From: a virus
Taxonomy: Duplodnaviria > Heunggongvirae > Uroviricota > Caudoviricetes
IMG/VR virus record: IMGVR_UViG_3300032280_000361
Reading direction: 5' to 3' (one strand)
DNA: 64,000 nucleotides
Positions 38,221 to 48,517 of this stretch are shown here, piece by piece. Position 1 is the stretch's first letter; every line of letters starts with the position of its first letter. The notes below the pieces were generated by a model that was not told the DNA's origin, made no database searches, and saw only the letters and a list, made by a program, of their open reading frames with translations. The position numbers and the translations under genes are program-made.

Positions 38221-39846
38221 TTATTTTTTCTTTTTTAAATATTTTTCGAACTCTTTTTTCAAATCATTAAGAGCTTCTTTTTCATCTTTTCCAAAACCTT
38301 TTACTTGAGTATCATCATCAAAAGTAGGATTTGGTGATGGTATTTCTATATTAGCATAAACTCCCCTTGCAGTTTTAAAATAATCTACATCATATCCATT
38401 AATTGTTTTACCGTTTCCACCTACTTTAATTGTCACTTCTTTTATTGAAATTAAATTTTCTATCTTTAACTCAGCATCTCTATATAATCCACTAACCGCA
38501 CTCTCTAACTCCGCTTCCAATTTCTTTTTAATAGGATGTAGTTTTTTAAGATTATCTACGTGTTTCTTTTCTTGTGGTGTACCCTTTGTTTTTTTGTAGT
38601 GTAACAATTCGGTTTCTATTGCAGCTACGGTTTTATTAAAATCAGATTGGATAGCTTTAACTTCTCTACCTTCGTTTACTGATTCTTTAACACCATCTTT
38701 ACCATCCATTGCATCGTGTACTGAATTTAATTGGTCTACTGCTAATGTAATTTGAGAATACATCCAAGAACTCAATTCTTGTCCTTCTTTCATTCTATCG
38801 GAAATCATTTCAGCGTAATCTTCGATTCTTTCCAAATCGCCCATTGCCATTTCCTTCAAACCTCTTAGGATTTCTTCTGGTGATTTATTATCTTCTTCGT
38901 TTATTGATTCTTTTAATCCTGTTTTTGTAAAATCCGCACTAATAATACCTTTTCTTACATCAACATCTTTAACACCTGCTTTTTTCATTTCAGCCCCCAC
39001 CTTATCTATAATATCTTGTGTTACTCCATAAAAACCAAGAAAATAATTACCCTCATATCTATATCCTCCTCTTTGAATATTATGGAATCCTCTTACGGAA
39101 GTAGATGTAGTTTTCATTGGTACTATACCATGTTTTTTCAAAATAGCATTTACAACCTTTCTTACAGGTGGCAGTGTAGCTTCGTTTACCGATTCTCTTA
39201 CAAATTTTCCATCTTTATCGGCTACATAATAAGCAATTTGATTATACGAACCACCTCTTTGCTTTTCAATTTTCTCTACTTCTTTTTTAGCATCCTTATA
39301 TGTTGAAAAGACATCTTTAAATACTCCTGTCCCTTGCCCTCTTCCTTTGTTATACCCAATATAGTATTTATCTTCGTTCACCGATTCGTACTTAATCATA
39401 TCCGGACTAAACTTATCAAAATTCTGTCTTGCCCACTTTACAGCATCTTCGTAGGAATTGAATTTAATCCTATCCTGTTTGAATCCCTTTGCCTTATTTA
39501 GATAATCAATATAAACTTTTTCTTCGTTTACTGATTCACTAACTACTTTCTTACTTGCAAATGATACAGATGGTATGTTTCCAAATGTTTTATCTATTTT
39601 AGCATCAATTCCAAATTGTGATTTTAACATTTTTACAACACCACTACCAAATTTTATATCGGTAAGTTTAAGATAAATGTAATTTTTATTAGGTGCGTTT
39701 TTAATTTCACCACTTACAAACTTTGAACCTATTGATTTAACAATATCATCTACTACATCCGCTGCAAGATATCCTTTTAAATCAGATTCGTTTAATATAT
39801 TCTTTAATCTCATAGGTATAAATATTATTCTATTTTGGTTTCCCAT
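38221..39846 (-). CDS. leader-family protein 1 with internal ESVNE repeats (true start probably Met12, ~39813)
   Basis: MRLKNILNE leader at residue 12; five ESVNE/ESINE-containing repeats. Confidence 0.5.
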   Translation of the reverse strand: MGNQNRIIFIPMRLKNILNESDLKGYLAADVVDDIVKSIGSKFVSGEIKNAPNKNYIYLKLTDIKFGSGVVKMLKSQFGIDAKIDKTFGNIPSVSFASKKVVSESVNEEKVYIDYLNKAKGFKQDRIKFNSYEDAVKWARQNFDKFSPDMIKYESVNEDKYYIGYNKGRGQGTGVFKDVFSTYKDAKKEVEKIEKQRGGSYNQIAYYVADKDGKFVRESVNEATLPPVRKVVNAILKKHGIVPMKTTSTSVRGFHNIQRGGYRYEGNYFLGFYGVTQDIIDKVGAEMKKAGVKDVDVRKGIISADFTKTGLKESINEEDNKSPEEILRGLKEMAMGDLERIEDYAEMISDRMKEGQELSSWMYSQITLAVDQLNSVHDAMDGKDGVKESVNEGREVKAIQSDFNKTVAAIETELLHYKKTKGTPQEKKHVDNLKKLHPIKKKLEAELESAVSGLYRDAELKIENLISIKEVTIKVGGNGKTINGYDVDYFKTARGVYANIEIPSPNPTFDDDTQVKGFGKDEKEALNDLKKEFEKYLKKKK

Positions 39847-40378
39847 ATATCCTCTTTACAATTCTCTTATTAACCTTAGATAGTTTACGAGTATAATACC
39901 CATCTCCTATGAATTCGGGATTCTTATCACTTCCCAATATATCTATTATCTTCTTTTCATCCCTAACAACAGGTGCTCCTGATGATTTCATAATATCCTC
40001 CATCTTCAAACTAGCCTCAATGAACCACCCATTTGTATTACACAATTGGATAACCTTTTTAACTACATCTGATTTAGCGCTCTTCTTATTGTTAGTACCT
40101 AATAGGGCAATCTTATTACCGAATCTAGTTGGTTTGTATATGATGAAAGCATCTGGCTTCTTATCACTATCCACATCTTTCAATGCAGTTGCTTTGTATT
40201 TTGATTGAAGTTCGGAAGCAGAATTGGCTGATAAATCCATACCTGCATTTAAGTAGGTAGTTTTATACATATCCCATATCTCTTCTATACCTTCATCATC
40301 TATGGATTTTAAATCTAAGGTTACCCACTTATTAGGTGGTATCTCTAACTCATTTAATATTTCAGTTAATCTTATCAT
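39830..40378 (-). CDS. leader-family protein 2 (paralog of 40375-40923)
   Basis: MIRLTEILNE leader; shared EIPPNKW and C-terminal GYYTRKL..IYGKPK. Confidence 0.5.
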   Translation of the reverse strand: MIRLTEILNELEIPPNKWVTLDLKSIDDEGIEEIWDMYKTTYLNAGMDLSANSASELQSKYKATALKDVDSDKKPDAFIIYKPTRFGNKIALLGTNNKKSAKSDVVKKVIQLCNTNGWFIEASLKMEDIMKSSGAPVVRDEKKIIDILGSDKNPEFIGDGYYTRKLSKVNKRIVKRIYGKPK

Positions 40379-40923
40379 CGTGGTTTCCCAAACATCATTT
40401 TAGTGTGAATAGTTCCTGCAATTTTTCTATCATATGAACCATCACCATTCCATTTAAGTTCTTTACCCTTTAATGCTCTACGAACTGCATCCTCATCGTT
40501 AACAGGTACTAAACCCTTAGCCATAAATATATCTCTCATCTTACCGGAAACCTCTACATAATATCCACCCTTCTTTAACTTATCCACTTGATGATTCACC
40601 GCTGCCGATTTACCTGCCGAAGAACCATCATGCCCTAATGCAACAAACTTCTTACCAGCTGTTTTGTATTTAGCTATCGTAACCGCATCTATCTCATCAT
40701 CACCATCTACATCTATCACATCGAAGAAATCACCCTCATCAGGAAGGTCTTCTTTATCTTTCACATTAGAATGACCACCAATTGGAGCATAAGCAGTTGA
40801 AATCAAATCAAATATTATTCTCTTAAAACGAGATAGTTCGGAACGTAGAATTGGAGTCCACTTATTTTGTGGTATCTCAAATCGTTTGTCTGTTTCCTTA
40901 AGTAAATCTCTTAATCGTATCAC
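40375..40923 (-). CDS. leader-family protein 3
   Basis: MIRLRDLLKE leader; paralog of preceding gene (EIPQNKW ... FGKPR). Confidence 0.5.
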   Translation of the reverse strand: MIRLRDLLKETDKRFEIPQNKWTPILRSELSRFKRIIFDLISTAYAPIGGHSNVKDKEDLPDEGDFFDVIDVDGDDEIDAVTIAKYKTAGKKFVALGHDGSSAGKSAAVNHQVDKLKKGGYYVEVSGKMRDIFMAKGLVPVNDEDAVRRALKGKELKWNGDGSYDRKIAGTIHTKMMFGKPR

Positions 40924-41507
40924 AATGTAATTTTTTTATCTATATCGTATTTTTCATAAAAGTTATTAAGAATGTTTACTAAATCATCTATCATTCTTTT
41001 ATGTTTCTTTTGAGAATCAATATCTCCATCTGCGAAATCCGTCTTTGTTAATATAGTAGATATTATCTCTCTAGCACGCATACCTTGTACTGAAAACTTT
41101 TCATTCATTTCTTTATTTTCTTTCCATAATAAATTAGAAAATTTTGAATACATATATTTTTCAACCAATTTGTTTTCTAATTTTTTAAACTTAGCAGATT
41201 GGTCTCTTTTACCTATATAAGCATCCTTTTCAGTTTCTAATTTTATCTGATGTGTTATCTCATGTATAACGGCATATTCCGGGTCTTCCATTCTGTTTAC
41301 ATTAAATGAAATGTAAAGAGCTTTCATTGTTTTAGGATTGAACGTTATTGCAGCACCACCCTTACCAATATTATTAAATTTTACAGGCAGAGGTGTTATT
41401 TTTAAATCCTTGCACAATGCTTCATAATACGCTTTTATACTAGCAGGATTACGAACACCTTCCGTTAATATATCGTTTAACTTAATCATATTATTAAATA
41501 TTATCAA
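40920..41507 (-). CDS. leader-family protein 4 with HExxH motif (start likely Met7, ~41489)
   Basis: MIKLNDILTE leader; AVIHEITHQ zincin-like motif. Confidence 0.5.
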   Translation of the reverse strand: MIIFNNMIKLNDILTEGVRNPASIKAYYEALCKDLKITPLPVKFNNIGKGGAAITFNPKTMKALYISFNVNRMEDPEYAVIHEITHQIKLETEKDAYIGKRDQSAKFKKLENKLVEKYMYSKFSNLLWKENKEMNEKFSVQGMRAREIISTILTKTDFADGDIDSQKKHKRMIDDLVNILNNFYEKYDIDKKITL

Positions 41508-42120
41508 TTATATAATCTAACGTATCATCCTTACCTTTTAAATCCTTCCAATGTTTGGAGTTAATAAACATAGGATATAAACCTGTCATATTAGTATCAG
41601 CTTCCATTTCCCACGGTAGGTTTCTATATGCGGAAATATCTGATTTCATTAATTTACCATACTCCTTTGCATCGATATACTCCTTACCTTTCCATAGGAT
41701 AGAAGTATAATCTTTGTTTGGTAATAACTCACCTTTGGATACCTGCTTAACGTGAGTTAATTCGTGTATCATAGATTGGATAATTCTTTTATATGATTGG
41801 TTAGGATTAAAATGTAAATAGAATTTATTATTATCTACAGAGTTTGAGTTTAATGATATGTCTCCAATCATACCTGCTTTATCTTTTTTCTTTACTATAA
41901 TCTTAGCTTTAAACTTATACTTATCCATCATAAAAGAAACAACCGATTTAACCATTAAGGCTTCATATGGTTTCAATTTTAATGATGTCCCAAATAGGTC
42001 TTCCGATAGTATATCTCTTAACTTAATCATATTACCATTTTTTGCAACTCCAATATCTAGCTTTTGTTCTAGGTCCTGGTTCATCACAATTGTGTCTAGC
42101 TCTAAATGATTTCCTCGCAT
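41494..42120 (-). CDS. leader-family protein 5 with HExxH motif (start likely Met31, ~42030)
   Basis: MIKLRDILSE leader; SMIHELTHVKQ and downstream EMEAD. Confidence 0.5.
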   Translation of the reverse strand: MRGNHLELDTIVMNQDLEQKLDIGVAKNGNMIKLRDILSEDLFGTSLKLKPYEALMVKSVVSFMMDKYKFKAKIIVKKKDKAGMIGDISLNSNSVDNNKFYLHFNPNQSYKRIIQSMIHELTHVKQVSKGELLPNKDYTSILWKGKEYIDAKEYGKLMKSDISAYRNLPWEMEADTNMTGLYPMFINSKHWKDLKGKDDTLDYIIDNI

Positions 42121-42601
42121 CCGGATTCGATTTTCTTATTCTCATTGTTTCCTCACCTGCCGAAGCCGCTGAAGTGCCACCGTGTCCAAAGTTTACCTTA
42201 ACAACATTGCCGGCAGGATTCTTTACATATACTTTAAACTTCTTAACATCACCTTGCATTGGTTTACCCAACTTAACATCTCTACCCTGATATTCTGCTT
42301 CGTTTATCTCCGTAGTATATCCTTTTAAGAAATTAATAAAATCTTCTTCATCTTCATCCTCTACATCTAATTCATCGTAATCATCTGTATTATCATGTCC
42401 ACATTTATGACAAAGATATGGGTCTTTTCCACCATCGGATAAATCCCATTCCCATCCACACTCTGAACATTCTACTGATTGAGTTTCATTTTCATTAACT
42501 GGTACACAATTAGGAACTTGTCTATCTCCTTTCTTTTTCATACCAACTTGCTTATATCCCACCCAACAATCTTCGGATAATATATCTTTTAACTTAATCA
42601 T
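42032..42601 (-). CDS. leader-family protein 6 with zinc-ribbon-like Cys cluster
   Basis: MIKLKDILSE leader; CSECGWEWD..CHKCGHD; acidic DEDEEDF stretch. Confidence 0.5.
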   Translation of the reverse strand: MIKLKDILSEDCWVGYKQVGMKKKGDRQVPNCVPVNENETQSVECSECGWEWDLSDGGKDPYLCHKCGHDNTDDYDELDVEDEDEEDFINFLKGYTTEINEAEYQGRDVKLGKPMQGDVKKFKVYVKNPAGNVVKVNFGHGGTSAASAGEETMRIRKSNPDARKSFRARHNCDEPGPRTKARYWSCKKW

Positions 42602-42602
42602 A

Positions 42603-42935
42603 TTACAACTTTGCTATTAATGATTCATAGTCTAACTCAATTGTAAACTGATATGAACCCTGCTTATGTTTCGCATAGAAATCTAACCCTGTCTTCTTCT
42701 TAACGTATTTGATAATTTCATTATATACCTCATTCACACTATACTTTTCTACCTTAGCCAAATCACCTATAGTAGCGGGTAATAATAGTATTGTATCTGG
42801 TTTAGGCGAGGTTACTATAAAGTTCGCTTTGAAGAACTCTAATTTCTTAGCTTCCGTAATTGGAGCAACCTTAGATGGTTGTTTATTGATAACTGGTATA
42901 GAAACCACATTTGATACAATATCTTTTAATCTCAT
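42603..42935 (-). CDS. leader-family protein 7 (divergent leader)
   Basis: MRLKDIVSN N-terminus, 110 aa. Confidence 0.45.
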   Translation of the reverse strand: MRLKDIVSNVVSIPVINKQPSKVAPITEAKKLEFFKANFIVTSPKPDTILLLPATIGDLAKVEKYSVNEVYNEIIKYVKKKTGLDFYAKHKQGSYQFTIELDYESLIAKL

Positions 42936-42970
42936 AATATTTTTCTTATATACATAAATATTAAGTTTTA

Positions 42971-42999
42971 AATAAAAAAGGGAGTAATTAAACTCCCTC
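42971..42999 (-). terminator. rho-independent terminator
   Basis: minus-strand AGGGAGU-UUAAUU-ACUCCCU + UUUUUUAUUU. Confidence 0.6.
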
Positions 43000-43001
43000 T
43001 A

Positions 43002-43430
43002 TTATACAATCTTTTGTATTGTTTCTAAAAATTGCGGATTACCTATGGTATATAATTTACTATCAACCTCATATATTATATTCTTTCCATTACCCAAAGC
43101 CCATCTCAATACCCAATTTAATACAACCGAATCCATTTTTTTACTATGTTCCATTACATCATAATAGGAAAGTGTATCATCGGTTGGGTGCTTCTTATGT
43201 GAAATGACAACATTTGATAGAGTTGGTTTCATCCAATCTGGTATATCTTTATTCGTTAACCATTCACAATTGTAGGAACGACAAGGATGCTCTGGTCTAT
43301 CTTCATATATAGTACATCCACATTTAGTATCATAGTATGTACATTTGATACCATTACCCATTGGAACTCCTAAGATATCCGCTTTGAATCTACCATCGCA
43401 ACATTTGCCACATTCACCACACTCTCTCAT
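43002..43430 (-). CDS. YkgJ-family Cys-cluster (putative Zn/Fe-chelating) protein
   Basis: MRECGECGKCCDG (CxxCxxCC) and further Cys pairs. Confidence 0.45.
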   Translation of the reverse strand: MRECGECGKCCDGRFKADILGVPMGNGIKCTYYDTKCGCTIYEDRPEHPCRSYNCEWLTNKDIPDWMKPTLSNVVISHKKHPTDDTLSYYDVMEHSKKMDSVVLNWVLRWALGNGKNIIYEVDSKLYTIGNPQFLETIQKIV

Positions 43431-44716
43431 TATCTAAATCCTATTGTTGATTTGCCCTTCTCCTCACTCTTATACTCAGCCTCATTCACATTATAAATCT
43501 CTGTAAGTGTCATTGGTTTGGTTGCATCGTATGGAATCTTTAAGTGTTTCAATACGGCATTAGAATCCTCAATTGATAACTTACCAAACTCATGCTCCGC
43601 AATCAATCTACCCTTTCTCAATAACGCCTCATCAATCTTTCTCTTATCCATATTGAATGTTGCCACAATCTGAATGTTTAGGATATCGGAAAGGATACCA
43701 TCTGTTAAGTTAAGAATGTTTGATACACCAACTGAACCTCCTGTATTTCTATCTGTTATTACTCTCTCCGCATCTTCGATGAAAAGAATAGAGTTAGCAT
43801 TTTGAATTAAGAAAGGTGTCATCTCTGGTGAAGTAATGAAATCAGCTAAGTGAGGTGGAATGAATAACACTCTCTTACCTTTAATCTTAGAAGCCAAATA
43901 CTTTAGGTAGTGGGTCTTTCCTGTTCCAGGAGTTCCATGCAATAGAACCAATCCCTTTCCTTTCTTTTTGTTTAGTGTAGTTAGAATCTTTTCATGCACT
44001 TTAGTAAAATCTTTACCGTAGTTTAATTCAATATTCATTTGTTGTCTAGGTAATTCAAACGATTGAGTATCATAACCATTTCTACTCGCAATAACTAATG
44101 AAACATTATTAGATTCCTCTCTTTGTTTTCTTGCGATACTTTTTACCCTTTCAACAATTGTATTATAAATTGTTTCTACAACGTTTGAATAAATTCTAAT
44201 AGTTGCTATATCTCTAGCGTTACGAATTAGTTTCCCATTAAGTGGCATATATGTAACGTTCATTAACAATACACCACCATTATCTTTCATCTCATACCAT
44301 CTTGATGCACTATGTGAGCCGTTAACGTAATATTCACGCGAATGAATTTGTTTTAAGTTACAATCATCTATAAACGAAATGATATCTGAATTAGTAAATC
44401 TGTATTGGTCGGAAAGATTAAAGAAGTGAGTATAGTGTTTACCTGTTACTTCTAATCCATATGAACCAATTGGGAAATCGTCTGCATCAGTAGGTCTATA
44501 TGGTATCAACGATGGTATGGAATCCCCTCTATGAGAAGAATCTGCCATCATCTCTTTAATCATAGCAACTTCAGGCTCGGTCATATCCTGAACCTTCAAT
44601 ACTTTATCTCTTAATTGATTCTTAAATTTCCTAATGTTATCGCTCATATTATTTTGCTTTAGTTTTCTTTCTGTTTGCAATATCCCTTCTATGTTGTATA
44701 TGCTTTCGTTGGACAA
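43430..44716 (-). CDS. AAA+ ATPase
   Basis: LVLLHGTPGTGKTHYL Walker A, ILFIEDAERV Walker B. Confidence 0.75.
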   Translation of the reverse strand: MSNESIYNIEGILQTERKLKQNNMSDNIRKFKNQLRDKVLKVQDMTEPEVAMIKEMMADSSHRGDSIPSLIPYRPTDADDFPIGSYGLEVTGKHYTHFFNLSDQYRFTNSDIISFIDDCNLKQIHSREYYVNGSHSASRWYEMKDNGGVLLMNVTYMPLNGKLIRNARDIATIRIYSNVVETIYNTIVERVKSIARKQREESNNVSLVIASRNGYDTQSFELPRQQMNIELNYGKDFTKVHEKILTTLNKKKGKGLVLLHGTPGTGKTHYLKYLASKIKGKRVLFIPPHLADFITSPEMTPFLIQNANSILFIEDAERVITDRNTGGSVGVSNILNLTDGILSDILNIQIVATFNMDKRKIDEALLRKGRLIAEHEFGKLSIEDSNAVLKHLKIPYDATKPMTLTEIYNVNEAEYKSEEKGKSTIGFR

Positions 44717-44791
44717 AAATCATATAGTATAAATTTAATAATGTTAATATACCTGATATAATTCCAACTAAGTAAAACGGATGTGCCATAA

Positions 44792-45517
44792 TTAGATAAG
44801 AGTTTTCTGTTTATGTTTTAATATATGTTCTAATTTATATTTCTCATTTGGACCAGATAAATGTTCTAATGATACTAATTTATAATAAGAAGTAGAAGTT
44901 ATATTATTTATCATAGAATACATTGTAAAAAAATAAGTACATACACTCATCTCTACACATTCATCAACTCTATTAAAATAAACACCTTCTATATTTTCTT
45001 TATAGAACTGCTTTAGTTTATTATATTCGGAATAGAAATCTTTTACAAATCTATTATCGTTTATTGTTATTAATCCTAAGTTATAATATCCAAATTTAGA
45101 TTGCCAATATGGTATTATCTTTTCAACACCATTACTCTCCAATACTTTATTATACTTGTCGTAGAATATACCTCTATGATGTTTGGAAAATAATTCTACT
45201 CCTATATCCGTTTTAATCGTTGGTAAAGCCTGATATAAAAACAAATCTCCATCTATTAAAGTAAATGGTTCGGTTTCATTAATCATCACAAAGAACTTTA
45301 TATCATCTAAAAAATAATATTCAAAATTATCAGGCAATACTACAACCTCATCCACTAATCCTTCAAAGAAATCTTTAGAACTCTTATCTGTGTACGCACG
45401 AGTAAAATGATATTGTTTACCTAACTCTATTGAAGTTTTATATAAAGATAGGATATCCTCATCTTTAATTTGTTTACTCCTATTTAATTTAGAAGAGTAT
45501 GTCCAAATCAGTTTCAT
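44792..45517 (-). CDS. hypothetical protein
   Basis: 241 aa ending KQKTLI. Confidence 0.4.
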   Translation of the reverse strand: MKLIWTYSSKLNRSKQIKDEDILSLYKTSIELGKQYHFTRAYTDKSSKDFFEGLVDEVVVLPDNFEYYFLDDIKFFVMINETEPFTLIDGDLFLYQALPTIKTDIGVELFSKHHRGIFYDKYNKVLESNGVEKIIPYWQSKFGYYNLGLITINDNRFVKDFYSEYNKLKQFYKENIEGVYFNRVDECVEMSVCTYFFTMYSMINNITSTSYYKLVSLEHLSGPNEKYKLEHILKHKQKTLI

Positions 45518-45774
45518 TTTTGTTTAGGAGTTTCTTTGATTACATTTACAGTATCTCTACCTAATGTTGTAGTACCTAATCTATGTTCTATTATTCTTGT
45601 CTGGACTTCAACTCCTATATCCCTTACCCTACGATACTTATCCCACTCATATACGATACCCATAAAGAATATAATTGTAGTATATCCTAATATAAATAAT
45701 ATCAATACTATACCACTAATGATATCTGATTTTTTCATTTTAGTATCTGTTTCTCTTTCAGTAAATAATCCCAT
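45514..45774 (-). CDS. small membrane protein
   Basis: 86 aa, one TM (IISGIVLILFILGYTTIIFFMGIV). Confidence 0.4.
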   Translation of the reverse strand: MGLFTERETDTKMKKSDIISGIVLILFILGYTTIIFFMGIVYEWDKYRRVRDIGVEVQTRIIEHRLGTTTLGRDTVNVIKETPKQK

Positions 45775-45779
45775 ATCGT

Positions 45780-46019
45780 TTATTTTTTTGTTATTCGTAT
45801 TGTTATTCCTGCCTTTCCCGCTGATACATCGTAAGTGTTTCTCCTATTATCATTTATGAATCCATAATCTTTGAATCTAAAAATGATTACTTGTCTATCT
45901 TCAAATATTGCATAGATTGCATTATCCGCATAATCAATAGATGGTTGTGTTATAAATCCCATCTTCCAACTTTCTATAAACTCCGATTCTAATTCATCAG
46001 GTAAAATGTTTATTATCAT
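45780..46019 (-). CDS. hypothetical protein
   Basis: 79 aa. Confidence 0.35.
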   Translation of the reverse strand: MIINILPDELESEFIESWKMGFITQPSIDYADNAIYAIFEDRQVIIFRFKDYGFINDNRRNTYDVSAGKAGITIRITKK

Positions 46020-46020
46020 A

Positions 46021-46206
46021 TTAGTTTTCGATTTCAGCTTCAGGAATATGTCTACAAAACCATAACCACTCTTGTTGTTTTAATGTAATATCACATTGCC
46101 AAAATTCTTTTAAGATAGTTGGTTCTTTAACTTGGTCTGCTTTTATCTTACGATACACCCAATAAAGTTCTCCATTAAATTCAACTAATTGTTTATTTAG
46201 TACCAT
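46021..46206 (-). CDS. hypothetical small protein
   Basis: 61 aa. Confidence 0.3.
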   Translation of the reverse strand: MVLNKQLVEFNGELYWVYRKIKADQVKEPTILKEFWQCDITLKQQEWLWFCRHIPEAEIEN

Positions 46207-46723
46207 TTTGTTGTGATTTTAAATCTTCAATTTGTTGTTGTAGTGTTTTTATTGTATCTACTAAATCAAATGATGTTCCGGTTGATGAATCATATACAAC
46301 TATTGTTCCAGCGGTATTTACAATAGTTACAATACCAGGTGTTCCACCGTTTCCTTTTATTGTAGGTGTCACATTAGTGAATAAACTATTCTTTCTTCTC
46401 ACATCTAATACCTCATCAACTAAAACTTCAAATATTTGTCGGAAAGAAGATACAGATGAAATCATATCTTTACTAACTTCTTTACGGGCACTAAACTTAT
46501 CATCATCCCATAATAGTATATGAAAGTTAGTATCCGTAACTGCTTTCCATTTATGACCAGGTCCTAATACATTCAATTCCCACTTTGGTTTATGTGATTG
46601 GTTTAAATCTAATACATCTGCCATATATTTTGTTTCATATGAATTGTGTATTGGGTTAACAATTGAAAATCCTTTATAGGTAACCCCACTTATCTTTTCC
46701 CAACCTTTTATTTTGATATCCAT
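46193..46723 (-). CDS. hypothetical protein
   Basis: 176 aa. Confidence 0.4.
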   Translation of the reverse strand: MDIKIKGWEKISGVTYKGFSIVNPIHNSYETKYMADVLDLNQSHKPKWELNVLGPGHKWKAVTDTNFHILLWDDDKFSARKEVSKDMISSVSSFRQIFEVLVDEVLDVRRKNSLFTNVTPTIKGNGGTPGIVTIVNTAGTIVVYDSSTGTSFDLVDTIKTLQQQIEDLKSQQNGTK

Positions 46724-46850
46724 TTTCTTAATTTATTATTGAAATACCAAAATGGAAATCTTACACCAAAATAAATTCCCACACCTAATGTCGCGAGTAA
46801 CAAAATTGGGAGAAGAATTATAGATATCAGTATATCACCAATCCGTTTCA

Positions 46851-47117
46851 TTAGATAGAATTATATATTCCTATTGCTCCTACTATTAACCAAAATGTAT
46901 TCATTATGATGTATGGTTTGTTATCTCTTTCCCATGCACAATAAGTAAGTATAACCGCATCAATAGTATTCCATACCCACATCCAAAAGAATGGAGTATC
47001 CTTTCCCAATACGGATAACATACCAAATGCAGCAATTCTCATTACCACACCTACGCCTTCCATTAATTCTAATACTTTGTCTGATTTAATTAACTTACCC
47101 TTTGTTTGTTGTTTCAT
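46851..47117 (-). CDS. small membrane protein (holin-like candidate)
   Basis: 88 aa with 2-3 TM helices. Confidence 0.35.
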   Translation of the reverse strand: MKQQTKGKLIKSDKVLELMEGVGVVMRIAAFGMLSVLGKDTPFFWMWVWNTIDAVILTYCAWERDNKPYIIMNTFWLIVGAIGIYNSI

Positions 47118-47237
47118 TACTTATTCTTTTTCCATTTTTATAAACCCACAATTCATCTACCCCATCTTTGGTTACGATGATTGTAATTATTTCGTCTTTA
47201 ACAAAACGGGAACGTATCCATCCCCATATCTTTTTTA

Positions 47238-47576
47238 TTATTTCCATAAAATTTGAATTCCTAATATTGTTGCCGCTAATAATAAACAGATTAATGTTTT
47301 AGTAGTTAGTGGTTCTTTAAACATTAACATACTCAATGTTACAAATACAACTATACCAATCCCAAACCCAATCAATCGTGAAGGCCATAGTTGTCCATCG
47401 AAGTGATTAACAAACCCTTCAACCGATTTAATATAAAACCATCCGGCAGGAATAGAACTTAACAGAATTATAATTGGATATTTTTCATACCAACCAAATT
47501 TTACACTGCCCTGCAATTGTAGGAAAGAAAATATCTGACCTAACACTCCGAAGAAAAACCCTTTTAATAAATCCAT
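47238..47576 (-). CDS. membrane protein (3-4 TM)
   Basis: 112 aa, mostly hydrophobic. Confidence 0.4.
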   Translation of the reverse strand: MDLLKGFFFGVLGQIFSFLQLQGSVKFGWYEKYPIIILLSSIPAGWFYIKSVEGFVNHFDGQLWPSRLIGFGIGIVVFVTLSMLMFKEPLTTKTLICLLLAATILGIQILWK

Positions 47577-47615
47577 AGTTTGTAAAGATACGAAAAAAAA
47601 TTGATATTAACAAAT

Positions 47616-47870
47616 CTAATTCAAGCAGATTTCTCCGAACTTAGATTCAAATCCAATCTTTGTTACCATCGCAGTTGTCTGTTCCCATAGTGGTTCAACA
47701 TCATCGAACTCACCCATATCATGTCGTTGCATAGAATAGAATAGTGCAACTTTAAATGCATCATATTGGTTTAATCCTTTACTCATACACATCTTTACAA
47801 CCTCATCTAATTCTTCCTGCAATTGTTCTTTATCCATACCAATAAATATTAATATTCTTTTACCACCCAA
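47616..47870 (-). CDS. hypothetical protein
   Basis: 84 aa. Confidence 0.35.
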   Translation of the reverse strand: MGGKRILIFIGMDKEQLQEELDEVVKMCMSKGLNQYDAFKVALFYSMQRHDMGEFDDVEPLWEQTTAMVTKIGFESKFGEICLN

Positions 47871-48262
47871 TTAGATGGATTAGCCAATCTAACTTCGTAC
47901 TTACCATTATCATTCTTAATTAAATACCTTTTAGTATTACGATTCTTATAAGGTATCAATAAGTTTTTCAAACAATAAGCGAAAGTATTAGAACCATTAA
48001 GTGATTTATAATATTCTTGCATATCTTTGTGAGTTACTGAACCTCTACTTCCTACATAATCTAAAACTGATTGAGCAGTACCTTCACCTCTAAAGTTATT
48101 TTTATTGTGTGTTTCAATCATACTCAATAGGTACTGAGCCCTATCGGCTATCTTATCTATCTCAACCTCTGTACGGTTGGCAATCCATCTATCACTATTA
48201 AACAATTCATTCAATCCGATTTCAACGGTCTTAAGTTGTTCTGGTGTTAAATCTAATTTCAT
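47849..48262 (-). CDS. hypothetical protein
   Basis: 137 aa. Confidence 0.4.
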   Translation of the reverse strand: MKLDLTPEQLKTVEIGLNELFNSDRWIANRTEVEIDKIADRAQYLLSMIETHNKNNFRGEGTAQSVLDYVGSRGSVTHKDMQEYYKSLNGSNTFAYCLKNLLIPYKNRNTKRYLIKNDNGKYEVRLANPSNWVVKEY

Positions 48263-48272
48263 ATTTTATATT

Positions 48273-48506
48273 TTATTTATTAACAATTTCAATTTCTTCA
48301 ACAAACGAACCATCTTCAAATCGATACATTCTACTTAACTCAATGATTTCGATTACACATCTACCTTCATCGGAATCTAAAATGTTATCACACTCATCCC
48401 AAACCCAAGGGATATCTTTACCATCTAACATACCACAAAATTCACTTGCGGTTAAAGAATGGGCTTCATACTCTAAAAATTCTAATAACTCTTTTACCTT
48501 ACTCAT
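48273..48506 (-). CDS. hypothetical small acidic protein
   Basis: 77 aa. Confidence 0.35.
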   Translation of the reverse strand: MSKVKELLEFLEYEAHSLTASEFCGMLDGKDIPWVWDECDNILDSDEGRCVIEIIELSRMYRFEDGSFVEEIEIVNK

Positions 48507-48517
48507 AATTTTATATT

